In this document: piece after piece, positions 23,801-37,439 of the stretch
How the letters are laid out: the number at the start of each line of letters is the position of its first letter
How positions within the stretch are numbered: the stretch's first letter is position 1
Source of the DNA: Tubulanus polymorphus
Lineage: Eukaryota > Animalia > Nemertea
Assembly: GCF_964204645.1 (NCBI RefSeq)
Contig: NC_134025.1
Coordinates: forward strand, 13,702,001 to 13,766,000
Length of the DNA: 64,000 nucleotides
Direction of reading: 5' to 3'
The notes under the pieces: generated by a model
What the model was told of the DNA's origin: nothing
The model's input: only the letters and a program-made list of their open reading frames with translations
Databases searched by the model: none
Translations under genes and position numbers: made by a program

Positions 23801-25523
23801 CGGGCGTAATTATTCGTAATCACGCCGTGTGCCGGTGGTGAAAGAATTCAAACACCCGGCTTCTCAAACTTTTCCCTTGATCATCTTTCCCGTCGCATGC
23901 ACTGAAGCCGAAAGTGTTCACATCAGTGACCCACGCGTTCGAGAGACCCAGAAGAGCCCGAAGGACACTTCAACCGCCGATTGGTGATATATAATTCATT
24001 TGTCTAGACGAGACGATCATAAATGATTGCGACCAAATCATCATCCATCCTCATTGGAAATCAGTCGATTATCTTTTATAGAGCGTGTCCTATACAAACT
24101 ACAAACGATTTGTGAATTTGGTTACCATGTACTCACTTATTCAAGGCATCATCAAAAATCAACTTGAAGTTTGAAAGAAAAAATTCATTTGATGAAATGG
24201 TTATATTGAACTGCCCTATATAGGCAATACTTTTACAAAGCTGCTTGCACAGCATGATGCCCACTGAAAGTCATCTCTCGTGTATTGTATGCTGTGGAAA
24301 ATAAGGAAATTATAGTCAACAAGCGGATAATTTGACCGAATCAAGTGTTTGGCACGCTACAAATTATGGATGACTGAAAAATACTTTGAGGCTTGATTTC
24401 ATAAGTCAACCATCATTAACGGTATACGGGGCCCCTTGAACATCATAATTCCTTGTAGTTCATCGGTGACACCATGATTTAAGAATATCAAATGCCACTT
24501 TTCCATTGTCGCGTGATTATGGTTTGCCTGCCCTCGTCAGCGAAATGAATATAGAATTTTATAGAGGGTGAAGTTTGCCTCCGGTTATAGAGGGAAATAT
24601 CGGATTACTACGCGGGCTTTAAACATCGCAATTACCATAAAGTTTCAAAGCTGCGGCTCTACAGTCTCAGAAACGAGAAGATTTAGACTTCAGCAGATGT
24701 TAGCCTTTTCATCGGCGCACAATAGCTGAAGAGTGCCATTTTGCCTGGCCGGTTTAGTCTATGTACGCAGTGCGACGCGTTCATAAACAACCGACCAGCC
24801 TCGGGCTGAGGTATGAACATGACACGGAAAGTAATTTTCGGGCTTTTCAGTATTCTGCATCGAACAAAAACGACGACTATTTTTCCCGCACCCGAGGTGT
24901 CCAACGAAAAGCGGCCAGATCTGTATCTCGAACGCGAGTCGCGAACTGTTTATCCGATTTCAATACTTTTCATTTAGAGTAGTTAACAAAAACCTGAATA
25001 AAACCGTAAAAACCTTTTACAAAAAGAAATTAGAGAAATCATTCAGTAATAAGTACGTATAGGCCTAACCCAAACCGAGAATTGAAATTGATATTGGTTT
25101 GAACACCGATATACCTATTTTTAATGCATATCCCAGGATTTTCTAAGGGAGGGGGGTTGCTCTGCTGGTCATCCCCCAGGTGAAATCGAAAAGGCGTCTT
25201 GAGCACCTCCTGGATAATTGGAACGAATTATGACGATGTGGGATGATATAATAAAACCCATGAAAAATGAAGATGATTGATCTTAGAGAAGACCTGACTG
25301 GTACATATGCATACAGTTTCGTTATAACGTTGTAATGCCACTGCCAACATTTTCAGAGAACACTTTGCTCGGTCTAACTCAATCTTAATGAAAATACATT
25401 CTTTATAACGCTGCCAAATCCTTTATAACGCCATATTTTTCATCGGTTCCAACGGCATTGTTAAAGACTAATACTGATATTTTGCTTAATCGGATTCATA
25501 TATGTATATATTTTTGATTACAG

Positions 25524-25870
25524 AAAATTACCCGATTAAGAATGACTTTCCAAAATCTCGATGCAGCCAAACCCCAATCGGTTCAAACTGGTTGGAAGAT
25601 TGTTTGAATGGACCGAACCAATGCACGTCAATTTAAACAAGAAATTCTGTAAATTCGACCGCCGATCACACAATTTCATCTGTACTTCGATTTCCGATTT
25701 CAAAATCAAACCCTGTTTCGTATACCCAGCAGGAGTGGTGGGACGCCAATTTAAAACGAATCAAGCCAAATCTTCAAAACAAATAAGTAACGGGGACTAT
25801 TTCAAGATCAAAAAGAATGAGTGATCTTTTCATACAAATCAATATTTTTGATAATTAATCGGGTAATTTT
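25524..25870. mobile_element. MITE with perfect 16-bp inverted ends; related diverged copy near 47620-47945
   Basis: AAAATTACCCGATTAA (25524-25539) and TTAATCGGGTAATTTT (25855-25870). Internal TTCGACCGCCGATCnCACAAnTTCA is shared with ~47835. Confidence 0.65.
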
Positions 25871-28800
25871 ATGCATCACTCTGTCTGACACACTACACAA
25901 TAATGAAAAGATGGGACATCCAATTATCAACATTTTCATAGTACATAAATTGGCAAATTCGGAATGAATAGCCCATCATGCAAATTGCGATACCATCCGC
26001 ACTTCCGTTTGAAAACGAGGATGCGGCAAACAAAAGCGTCAGTAATGAGACATTTATATATCGAAAACTAGATCTATAATTACCAGGCCACTTTTTAATT
26101 AATAAAACCATAGAATGTTGCGTTGCGGCACATGTTTCATTGTGGACTCAAAGTGCGAGGATATTGACGCGCCAAATTCGGATTACACCTTGGGCAACAA
26201 TGGGACAAATGCACACGCCATAGATTTTCGCCGGTTTGTAATTAACAATTATGTTTTCCATTTAGGCGAGCAAATGACCCTTCAAACTAGCTTCCTGCGG
26301 TAATTTTTTACTCAAAGACTTCCGAAAGATCCCCGTGTGGTTCGTATTGTTCTTTAAGGATGATTTGAAGTGGGATTTGAAGACTCGAGTTTTGGGCGCC
26401 TGAAGATCGAATTAAAAAGAATTTTATTAGATAAACAAAATTATTTTGGCTAAATAGTTCATGCGAACGTCAGTTGCTTTTGTAGTAGCATGTTTGATAT
26501 TTATATTATTGAATATGTCTATCTGTGAGAAAAATCGATATATCGATTATATCGTCTGGCAAATTATTTCGATTTTACATACATGGAATATACGAATCAA
26601 GCTACACAAGAAATATTCAAAGTTTTGATAAGGTCAAATCAGTGGTGCGAAAAGTCACTAATCCACCTCCGCCATCCTTACTAGTGAAATCTGCCTTTCA
26701 AACATTGCCTTCCGAACAACTCGTGAAAGATTTACGAGTGCCTATCCAACATTTGCCGTTTATAATCCCGACGCTGTTTTTTTTCAACGAGTCGAACGGC
26801 CATACCGAGTCGGTACGCTCGATTTCATCGGCGACATCATAAAATAATCTCGAGTGTGCTTGATTTGCGACGAGCAACGGTTATCTTACACGGCGGTTCA
26901 AGGCAAACAGATGCTCCGGCAATTACTGAATTTTACATTAGTTTATTAATTACCGAGGATCATTTGAACTAAAGAAATTCACTGGAGCAGAAGGATTCGA
27001 AACCGATCCAGTGACACACCCACTGGATTATTACATTTTCTATTATTTCCACTTATCGGGACCATTTGGCGAAAAGATATCCACGGTTAATTAGTCCCAC
27101 GACAGCGAATTGAACCTGGGACCCGCAGCAGGAGCGGTAGGCGCCTGTAAACAGGTGTTTTGAATATGAAGCTTTCACTAAGATTATGTACAGTGAAATA
27201 CGATTATTTCTAAATATTATACCATTACGACTCAACCTTTGGGTATATGTAAATATATCGTTATGATGATATTACATCTTATATCTTCATCTCAAAATAT
27301 TTTTAATATACTACAAATATCTCCTTTGAGGCCGAGACTATAAAAAGAATATCTAACGTTGAAAAATCTTCATGAAGTTTCTTCTTGCAGCTTTCATATA
27401 TAATTGTTTTCGCATTATCGCCCATATTCTCCAAACAAAGGATCGCAACCGAGGTGAATCTTCTGAGATGCGAGATGACATATCTGTTCCAGAAACTATT
27501 TCTCAGCATAGCAAATATTTGAGGGTGGCGTTAATTAACATATTCATAATCATTTATCTTTACAAATTTAACAGGCTCATTACAGGATGGAAGGTTTTTC
27601 AGCATTTAGGGAGCCTCCAGCTGTAGAATTGTAAGTTGGAATTGGAAGTTGTTAAACAATTTTCTGCTCGAGCTGTCTTACAATCATTATTAATGTGTTT
27701 GTTTGAATCGTGTTATTCCTTCGATGTTCTTGTCAAGCGATCTTGATACTATATTGGACAATTTTGCGGAATGACTAACTATGTTGTAGCTTGTAAATGC
27801 ACATTTGTACATTTGTCGTTTGAAGCTGACATTTTTACAATGTGAAATTACTATGTAGCAAAATGTGACATTTCGATATATGTTTGCACGTTGGTTTTGT
27901 CGCTTCTTTAGTATTTTTGGCAGTTCTGATGTCAAGGTGTCTGATAACACACACTCAAATAACAAGTGATAAATAATTTCACGCGCCGCTTGGAATCTCC
28001 GGTGTTTTTGAAGTATCCGAGATATTTGATGTACGTCCGCCGGGGGTTAGGTAAATACGGCAATTTTCAAACAGTGTCACAATTAGAACTGGTTACAATT
28101 CGATACAATGTGAAAAGAATCGCAAAGAAAGTGTCGCAATTCAAGATTTACGGGTCGTTATACCAAACATAAATTTGATGGAATCGTTCCCCGTCGCGTA
28201 TAGGCCTATACGTGAAATTGTATGATCAGGTATTTACAAAATATCCGTATTGCTCCACGCGGAGGGTTTTTTGTCACCCGAAAAGCCTCAATTAGTTTTC
28301 AGGCGTTTTAGTGAAATTAGATTACACGAATAAAAGATATTTTGAAGACAGAATTGAATGATAATTATTTCGACCTGAGTTGTTGAAATTCTTCCGGTGA
28401 ACGGCTTTCTTCGGTGGTTGGGACATCCTGCCACGAAAGAGGTTAGGTTGTTGTTTTGTGTGTTGACCGCGCAAGTTTATAATTATGATGGGCGCGAATA
28501 TCGCCGCGCGTAATTGTTTACTGTGATGTAACGTTGCGGCGCAATCGAAGAAAATTGCGTGCGAGTTTAATGAAATAATTTCCACCATTTCCATTCATAA
28601 ATTCGAGTTCATTTCTGATTCTGATGCCCTAATAAGCAGGTTTACGACTGGATCCCATCCTACGGGACGCAAGAACAATGAACTAAGACCAAATCACCGT
28701 TTCTTAGGTTTCAATGATCAACAAATGACATTGAATTCTTTGAAATCTATCGATTGTCAAGTGGCGGATTCCACATTCAAAAAATCTTCCGAGTGTGTAG

Positions 28801-29002
28801 ATTTTCCCGGTCAGGGGAAGAGCTCAAGTTCCACGAGCAGAAAATCTACGTCCCGACGGAAACACCATTATACAATTAAGCCACATACTCCCAGTGAATT
28901 TGAAATTGAATGAAGAATGTGAAGAAAACGATATTCCTGATAGAAAATACTATGTTTTACTTCGATGAATTGATACGATTGACATAAAACTAAGACACAC
29001 AT

Positions 29003-29022
29003 CACACACACACACGCACGCA

Positions 29023-29054
<32 letters not shown>

Positions 29055-29064
29055 CACACACACA
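29003..29064. repeat. Compound microsatellite (CA)n(CGCA)n(CA)n
   Basis: Read directly from the sequence. Confidence 0.95.
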
Positions 29065-31609
29065 AATTAATGAAATCAACATGAAATGTTCTTTATTTTT
29101 TTCACTGAGGCATGCTTTGAATTTTGATAGCTGGGACGTTGGCGAGGTGTCTGTGAATGAAAATCAACATTAATTTTTACGCCATTCATGTCACCAAGAA
29201 AAGTTGTATGGTGTATCTTTTATTGAAAAGCAACAATCCCTGTATAGTCACGATACGAGGTCGTACAACAGGGGTGGTTTACAACAATTATCGGAGAAGA
29301 ATAAATACGTGAGTTGAGAATTGCTTCTTATCTTGTTGATATACAGAACGGGGGGTTTGCAAGACTAACACGATCCACCCTTCATTGGGACCTCTCTCTA
29401 AGGAGGTGCGCGAGAACTGTCGCACATCCATGGTCTGTAAGAAAACAAGTTGGTAGCTCTTTGGAAGCTCTTTTCCTGGTAAAAAAGATATTACTCGTAT
29501 ATTTTGGATGCTAACCGATGGATGCATTACGCAATAAACCAACTTTCCTTTTCTATCTCGTTGAGGTGTTTTTGGTTAATTGAAATTTGCCAGTGACTAT
29601 TCAGAGCCCCGTTTCAAGCAGGGTGATGTTTCAGAAGCTATACTCACTATGTGAACCGTGTGCCCGTTTTTTCGTAAAAGTTGTAGCCTACATTTACATC
29701 CACTTTAGGTAAAAGCAGTCATTTTACGACAGAATTATAACTTAGATTCTTTGTTCATTGGTCTAATGATGCCTTCTACCTAATAGCAGACTGTTGTCGA
29801 TACTCTGATTTTATTATGGCGGCATTATTTGGTTATCAAGTACAACAGTTGTTGGCGGGAACGGCCGCAGGACACGAAAGAGCGCAATGCTTCCAATAAT
29901 ATCGGGGTTGTCACAAATCAAAACTCCCCATACAACGTAATTGTCATAAACTTCGAAATTGTGGCATAAAAGTCCGGTATAAGCCTGCAGAAACTGATAC
30001 TATAGAGCCTGACAGATGTTGGACCTTTTCACGTTGTACAATAGCGAAACGACGAGACTATTTTCTTGTGAGCTCTGAAACCTTCTCTTCGTTACGGTCT
30101 GCGGACTTGACAAATCGCCCCGCCCGGGGCATCATCGTATAAGATAGACAAGCGGCAATTTCCGTGCTACGCAGACGCTTGGTACAAAGGAAAGCTAATA
30201 TTTTCACGCATTCAGGTGTGCTTTTCCACCGATAAGGTCCAAAGAACGATAACGATCGGAAAACACAATTGGCTAATTTATAGCTATACCTCTCGGTTTT
30301 AAACATACTCCGATACTTTGTTTTGACGTTCAGCCTAACAATGCAGAGTCATCATAAGTTTTCAAAAAAACATGCTACGGTCAGAATATGAAGAGGCACA
30401 GTACTGAACTTTACTATTTTCCCCGGCACTCGTTCCTCGTGGAATCTGGCGTAAATTGTTGTCTTTCGAAAGACATGAAGAGAGAAACTCACTCTATCGT
30501 CCTCTTTCCATCGGTTTTGCTTTTTTGCCCTTAGAATGTCTAAAAGTCTTTCCAGTTCATTTGTCATCTTTCCGAATGTATGTTATTTGAATTAAGAAGC
30601 ATCTATAAATAAAATATTGAAATGAGCTAATTCTTTTGTCAGATATTTAAGTTTTCTCGACCAGCACGTGGTCTTTTGGCTCATTAAATTAAGAACCCTG
30701 TGATCATACCGGATTCTGTATAATAATTATACGCAGTGAGGTTCTTATAGTTGGTTTTGAAATTGATGAAGAAATATCAGAGCGGACCATATGGGAGACG
30801 GTAGAAGTTGGTACTCCACTACCCTGTGATTAGCGTTAAGTATATAGCAGCCATATTTCGCCACATGGATCGCTGAACTTCTATGGAATGCCCCATAATA
30901 AACTATTCTTCCAGAAAAAGATGCTGAAAAAGGCAAACGAAACGTTTCTTAATTAGGCATACCGCCTTCAGCTTTTATGTCAACTGCGGACCAAAAAAGC
31001 TATCGAATAAGGTGTACAACGGGAACGTCGACGACAAAAGGACCAATTTCCGAAAGAAGGTATCTGGGAATGGACATTCAAGTCACTGTGTTCGCTGGTA
31101 GGCTGGCCCAAAGAAATATCTTTTTGGGGTCCATTTTAGAACAACCTATTTGCGATATCATTTTTAGTATATCGTCATATATAGCCTATTGCTAATTTAG
31201 TTAATAATTTCCAGGAATTATTCTAGGATTGTTTCCTGACAAATTCGAGATATTGCAATACATTGTGTACAAATTCCCTAAAAGTCATTGCAGAATATTC
31301 CTTTTATTCCATATCGAATTTCGGTAAGATTATTCTTTTTTGTTTAATTTACATCAAAGAAATACCAGTGTGTTTCACGCATTTCTTATTTCAGGATGAT
31401 CCACCTTTATCTATACACGCCATCAATCAGGCAACTAGGGGCAAATGTTTCAGCCCGGGTGCCGTTGAGTCACTAATTAATTAACTTGCTTCAATTAGAT
31501 ACCGGCGCAATCTGCGAAAGGTCCACGAAACACCGTAGAAATGTCGCTTCGATATAGATGTTCATTTGGCTTAATAAGCCGAGGGCTACTGACGCGGAAA
31601 ATTGCCTAT

Positions 31610-31764
31610 CCGCCCCTGTCTAATGAAACCCGCCCATACTGCTGTTTCCCTCGCCAAGAAAACGAGAGGCAGCAATTTCATCAACAGCCAAAACTGAACC
31701 GAAATCATTTTCTTAGAAAATCACCAAATCCTCGTGAGATTTCAACAATGGCACATATATATGT
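31610..31764 (+). promoter_or_regulatory. Candidate promoter and first coding micro-exon (MAHIY) of the Sp6-9 gene
   Basis: Two GC boxes CCGCCC (31610, 31630), good start context ACAATGG (ATG at 31748), and GT at 31763 in phase 0 matching the 42111 exon. The donor is weak, so this is speculative. Confidence 0.25.
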
Positions 31765-32546
31765 ATTTTTTGAAAACAACTTATGATCGATGTAAAAAGA
31801 TGGAAGAGCCCAGCTGTGGTGTCGAAAGAGAGATGGGGAGAGGAGGTCCCCTCTTATTTTAGATTAATTATATCGAAACTGATATGCCAGGTTCTAAAAG
31901 AGTTCAGCCGAGTGGAAGAAATACTAATCGGAACCTAAAAGATTTGATCCACCCACTGGAATTCAAATGTTCCGAACATTTTGATTAATAACAAGGTAAC
32001 GTTTTGCCGGGATGTTAATATAAAGATTACTTAATAACGTCCATCCACGCCTGCTTTTACATTCACTATGTCCGTTGATTTTTTAGACGTCTTCGATCAA
32101 CGCAATCCCTTCGTCGAAATCTATTGGAAATCTTCCAACACACCAATAAGACATATTTTTTGTTCGCAATCCGTTAGAAAAAACAAAGAGGATGATGACA
32201 CAACCAATGCACGAACACGACTTTTCATTTGTGAATAGTTTCTATGGCGGCACTAAAAACGTCGGTGATTAGATAAAATCACGCTATTTACTCAGACTCC
32301 GTGCTAGATGCTTATCGGTAGATTTTGACACTACATGGACTATTGTGAGTCGACGATAAACCCAATGGCAACTAAACCTTCCTTGATGTGTCCACCGTAG
32401 CTTTCTTTGCCCATTGGTTTTTCAGAAACAATTACAATTCTGTTGGTCACTTGCCTAGGGTGGACGTGTACAGAATTGTAACAAGACTCGTAGTACATGA
32501 CGTCGGGTCTAGGCATGGGTGCATGAAGCCTGTCTTATAAAGTAGA

Positions 32547-32702
<156 letters not shown>

Positions 32703-35700
32703 GAATTATCCCACGAATGTCAATAGGAGCCATCGTAGGCAATGTGTGAAACATATCGAACCAATAAAGGTGCCATATAAACATCATCAGAAAACGGTGA
32801 CTCTCAGACATCTTTTTCGAGGAAGGAGGTTGACAGATTTCTAAAATTTTTTTTATGGAAGTACGTCGCCTCTGGCTATGTAAAATTATTTCAACTCACA
32901 AAAGCGCCTTTCTGAATGCAACTTCGCTTCAATGCAGAAGTCTTCCAATTCTCGATCCTAATTTTTCATTCGCATTGTCCGGGTTTGGTTCGGATCAGCA
33001 CAAAGGCAACAAAACCCCATTCTGCGTCGCATTAACTTTGATTGCGCCCGACGAATAGAATTTTTGCTATATAACTGGTACATGTGAAAGAATGTCCAAT
33101 GAATTACAAACTTAATCCAGTCAAATAGTGAAATTATATCGTACACCATCAGCTTCTGTGTACATATGTATATATTACATACAGTATCATATACTAGTAT
33201 ATATAACACGATATAAAAGTTCATGACTAAGTTATGAGTGTGTAGGAGACCCATTAATGGAAGGTCGCAAGGCGAAATTTAGTCCCATTTCATGATTTCC
33301 AGGATCGATAAACCTATTTTTAACCTTCCAATGACTACTTCATTTACTTCATATTCATAATCGAAGAAAATTAAGGAGCAATGCCCAGGCATAGTAGGTC
33401 CTTTTCTACAGACGGAATTTATGTATTGGTGGTGATAATTAATACGAATGTTATCTTGATAAAGGAGCTAGGGGGTCTGGTTTATTCAATTGTGACAATT
33501 ATAAGGTATCAGAAGACGCCCTGGTTATTGGGTGTCAATAATCACCCGTAATGTGTAATTGAGGAATCGTCGACAATTCGTAATTAGATTATATTCCTTG
33601 TATTACAATATGTGAATTGCCTGAAGGCTGGACAAATCAAAGCAATCAAAAGTTACGCACATATTAGATTATGTATATGTTTTACTTCATTATGCTTGAA
33701 GATAAACTCTGTGAGAGTTTCGTGTCGTTTGAATATTTATATCGAAAATACATCATTATTCGACCAGCTGTGAATGGGGCTTTTCACCTGTCCCCTCAAC
33801 ACGCACGAGAACCCGTGACGAGAAAGCGGAGCCACCCGTGGCTTAGTAATCATCGGGCTTTTCATTTGACTTAATCAAATACGTCTTAATTTAACTTGCG
33901 CATTAAGGGAGGTCAATTTGGCTGGTGAGAGCACGCACGATACGACTGATAAAACTAATTCAGTCTTTCAAAACTAAGAAGACACCAGGCGAACTTTCGG
34001 AGCTACCCGGCGCGTTTCCCGAAACAATTGAAGAGCAAATTGCGGCCATGTTTCTAAGCTCGTTTATCTAAGCATTGTATTCGTCAGCGTTAATTGGATA
34101 ATGAAATGATTTGCGACCCCATAAGAACAGTGCATCAATAATCTAATCTAGGAGTAATCTTTATATACAAGGTGGTACAAGAACAACACCCCCCCCTCCT
34201 CCATACAATCAGGTGTATCCCTTCTAAGGAAATCATAGGCATAAGGTGTCATGCATATTATTCAAATTGTGACGAACAAAAATCTCATTAAATGTTCATT
34301 CAAAAAATCTCAATTCATAGGACGCGGAGGTTTTATATACGGGCCATGCAGTATACAATTTCCAGAAATGCATTTCTTATTCTCTTCGAAAAAGAATTTA
34401 ACTTCAAACATAATGTGTTCTCGATCGCGTATATTTGTCGGTGTGGTCAAGTCAGTACTCTTCGGGAAATCATCGGCGGCCACCCTTTCACGACAAGATC
34501 TTTCTGAAACTATATGATGGCGCACTGATTGGACATATTCACCGCGAAAACGCGCTCGGGGACTTTTATGGTCGATTGGTTCTGCTACTGATTACAGGCG
34601 CATTTCTCTTCGAGATAATAAACGCTGCGATTTAGTTGTTCGTGCACAATAATTCTGGATAATTTGCCACGATTTCGTCGCCCGTTATTTCAAATGCACC
34701 GCAAAATTGAACATTGCCAACATAAAACATCGATCCGCTCGCTGTCTTAAAGCGCCAAAACCGCCCAACACCTCCCCGTAACCGGCAAAGGTCGTCGCGA
34801 AACGCCTTCTGTATAGTGACTGATAATTCAAGCACTCTCAGTCATACAATATGATAGGCGTTAACTACACGAAAATAAACAGTAGTTTTTAATGTTTACA
34901 ACAACAGACAGCCGTGAATGTATATTATCATATTCAATGAGAAGTATTATATCAATGACAAAAGTGTACGAAAACTCCAGAATTGTTAACAGTAAGACCC
35001 ATGCAATCGCCGGAATGAGAAATTATTTGCCACCGAATTACCACTGGAATGTGTGACGCATCATATCTAGTTAAAGATATTATTGTATTCCAAGCTTTTA
35101 CTTCACTTAAACTTTATAAGCGGGATTCGATGATGCGACATATGTCGATATAAAATGAACTATTCGCTTTGAAAACTTGGTTCTATAAATTGTTCTATAA
35201 ATGAGATATCCTCTATCTTTCAATATGCCTATCAAAACGCAACTGTTAAGACTTGTAAGAATCTGACAGTTCTATTAACCGTTTTTATGAGACGCGATCA
35301 ATCAAGATTTTCGCGGTTTGTACGTACCCTCAGGCACTTACCCGAGAATGTTTGAAAGCGCATACCCAATACACAACTGAATGACAACGATGAAAAATAT
35401 GTATATAGGCATTATTTTCAATACGTGCGTGAAGTCTTAGTTTTATTCCGAAAATGTTTATGATTACATTGACTCAAAAATAATGATTTAAGTTAGCTTG
35501 AGTTAAAAACGTGTATTCGTGATTATGAGTTACCGATATAACACTCTTATCTGGGAAAATCTAATGACTGCATAATTTCAGTATGCTCGATTGTTTATCT
35601 AAACTGTGTTTTTTACATATTCGTAATATAAAAGGCATATCATGCCAAATGTCAACACGAGGAAATTTCTTTGGTTCGTGTGCCACTCTCTGTCGGTAGG

Positions 35701-37178
35701 CTGGTAAATTAACATGCGTTTATATTAACTAAGGACCTGTTGATAATTAATAATAATATTCTGCATTCTTCAATACGATCGAACACATTTACAATTGAGT
35801 GTCAGCACTAACGCGTGGATGATTCATTCATAAATCAAGATTTATACATTTCGAGAGCTCTTGACGTCGCAATGAATATTTGTACCCATCGGGTGGTAGT
35901 AGGAAAGCAGTTTCGAAGGTTCGACATTAATTATCCATTGGAGATCCACCGGGCGGTCCAACAATGCCTTTCGCGGAATTTCAAGAGCCATCGCAACTGT
36001 TGTGTCTGCTTTAAGGCCCGGTCGAGTAGAAGATATGATCAGGGGTGTCTCATCAAGATGAGTCGATCGACCAGAATATAAGAGTCCTATGGAGTCAATC
36101 GAATAAGACGCGCATAGTCAATCGAATTTCTACCCATATCGAAGTATCAAAACTCATGCAATCTTGTGACAATATTCGCTACAATATGATGGTGAATATT
36201 CACAGTTAGCAGCTATACACAATCTTAGGACTAAAGGAATTGTAGCTTGATGAGCAGAGACCACAGCTTTCGATTTATGGTGCATTCATACGTACGTTTA
36301 TGACGAAGGCAGGGGTGCATGCATAGCGGTTCAATCTTCCCCTCAAGCAAAACTGAGATACATATTTTTGCACAAGAGCTGTGTCCATTCAACGTGAAAA
36401 CGTTTAGATGCCGCAAAAATGAAACAGCAGCCAGCTTGAACGGTACAATGCGGGGCGTCTGCAAAGTTGGAAACCCCACTGAGAAAATTGTCTCCCCCGG
36501 TCCTCGTTTTGCATGTTTATAACAACAACTGTCCCCGCACTAATACAGCATTAACCTGACAATTATTGAAAGCAGACCCCATGCTTTCATTGCAGAAAAG
36601 AAACGACAAACCATATTATGTTGCCAATTCGTGCAGAATGTGACCTCTTTAGACCCAGGAAAGGAGTTTTAATTTCATGCCCATACTTATATGAAATATT
36701 TCTTTTAGTGCGACGAGGTGCCTAGCCAATTTTCTACGCTACACCCAGTATGCTCGATCGTCTCTAAGGCAATTGTGTAATATGAAAGTATAGGCAACCC
36801 TATCATTATCGCACCAAATCTTGATCTTTTCGGTTATCTTCGGTGTATCCGTATAAAGGAAAACTGCCAAATAAAACCAACGAAACATGCGCTATCTTAC
36901 GATCTCAATTTGTAAACCTGTCGGACTTGAGTCTAAAATTATAGATTTTGTAGACCGAGGGTGTTAATGTTATTCTCGTTTTCATTTCTGCGTGCCAACT
37001 GCACCCGTGTTAATACCAGCCAATGCATATATACGTATTAGGCTATACCACCTCCTTTCGCCACATTTCAAATAGAAAGATACATTTGAGAATGCAGGGA
37101 TAGCGAGAAGCTTGCTTTTTCCACGACACTTATTGTTTCGTCACTTTATTGATTATTGATACGCACGTGGTCTTTATA

Positions 37179-37439
37179 CCTGAGCGTCTCCAGGATTTTT
37201 TGGGGAGTTCGTTTTTAGGAATAGGGGTCCTCTGGGGGTCCTCCCCAGAAAATTTTTGAAAATTCCGTGCAAGCAGGCGCGTTCTGGTGCAATCTGAGGC
37301 CGATAGGTAGACTGACTCTGCATGTATCGATTTTGTTTTGCTAATTTAGCAAATGCAGACCATGTACCGACGTTTGTCGACGTTTGAAATTTAGAAAACG
37401 GGGTTCGAACTACCGACCCCCCCCCTAGGGACGCCCATG
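37179..37439. mobile_element. Non-autonomous DNA transposon with 5-bp TSD
   Basis: TTATA|CCTGAGCGTCTCCAGG ... CCTAGGGACGCCCATG|TTATA; internal GGGGTCCTCCCCAGAAAATTTTTGAAAATT resembles the 19230 element. Confidence 0.65.
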
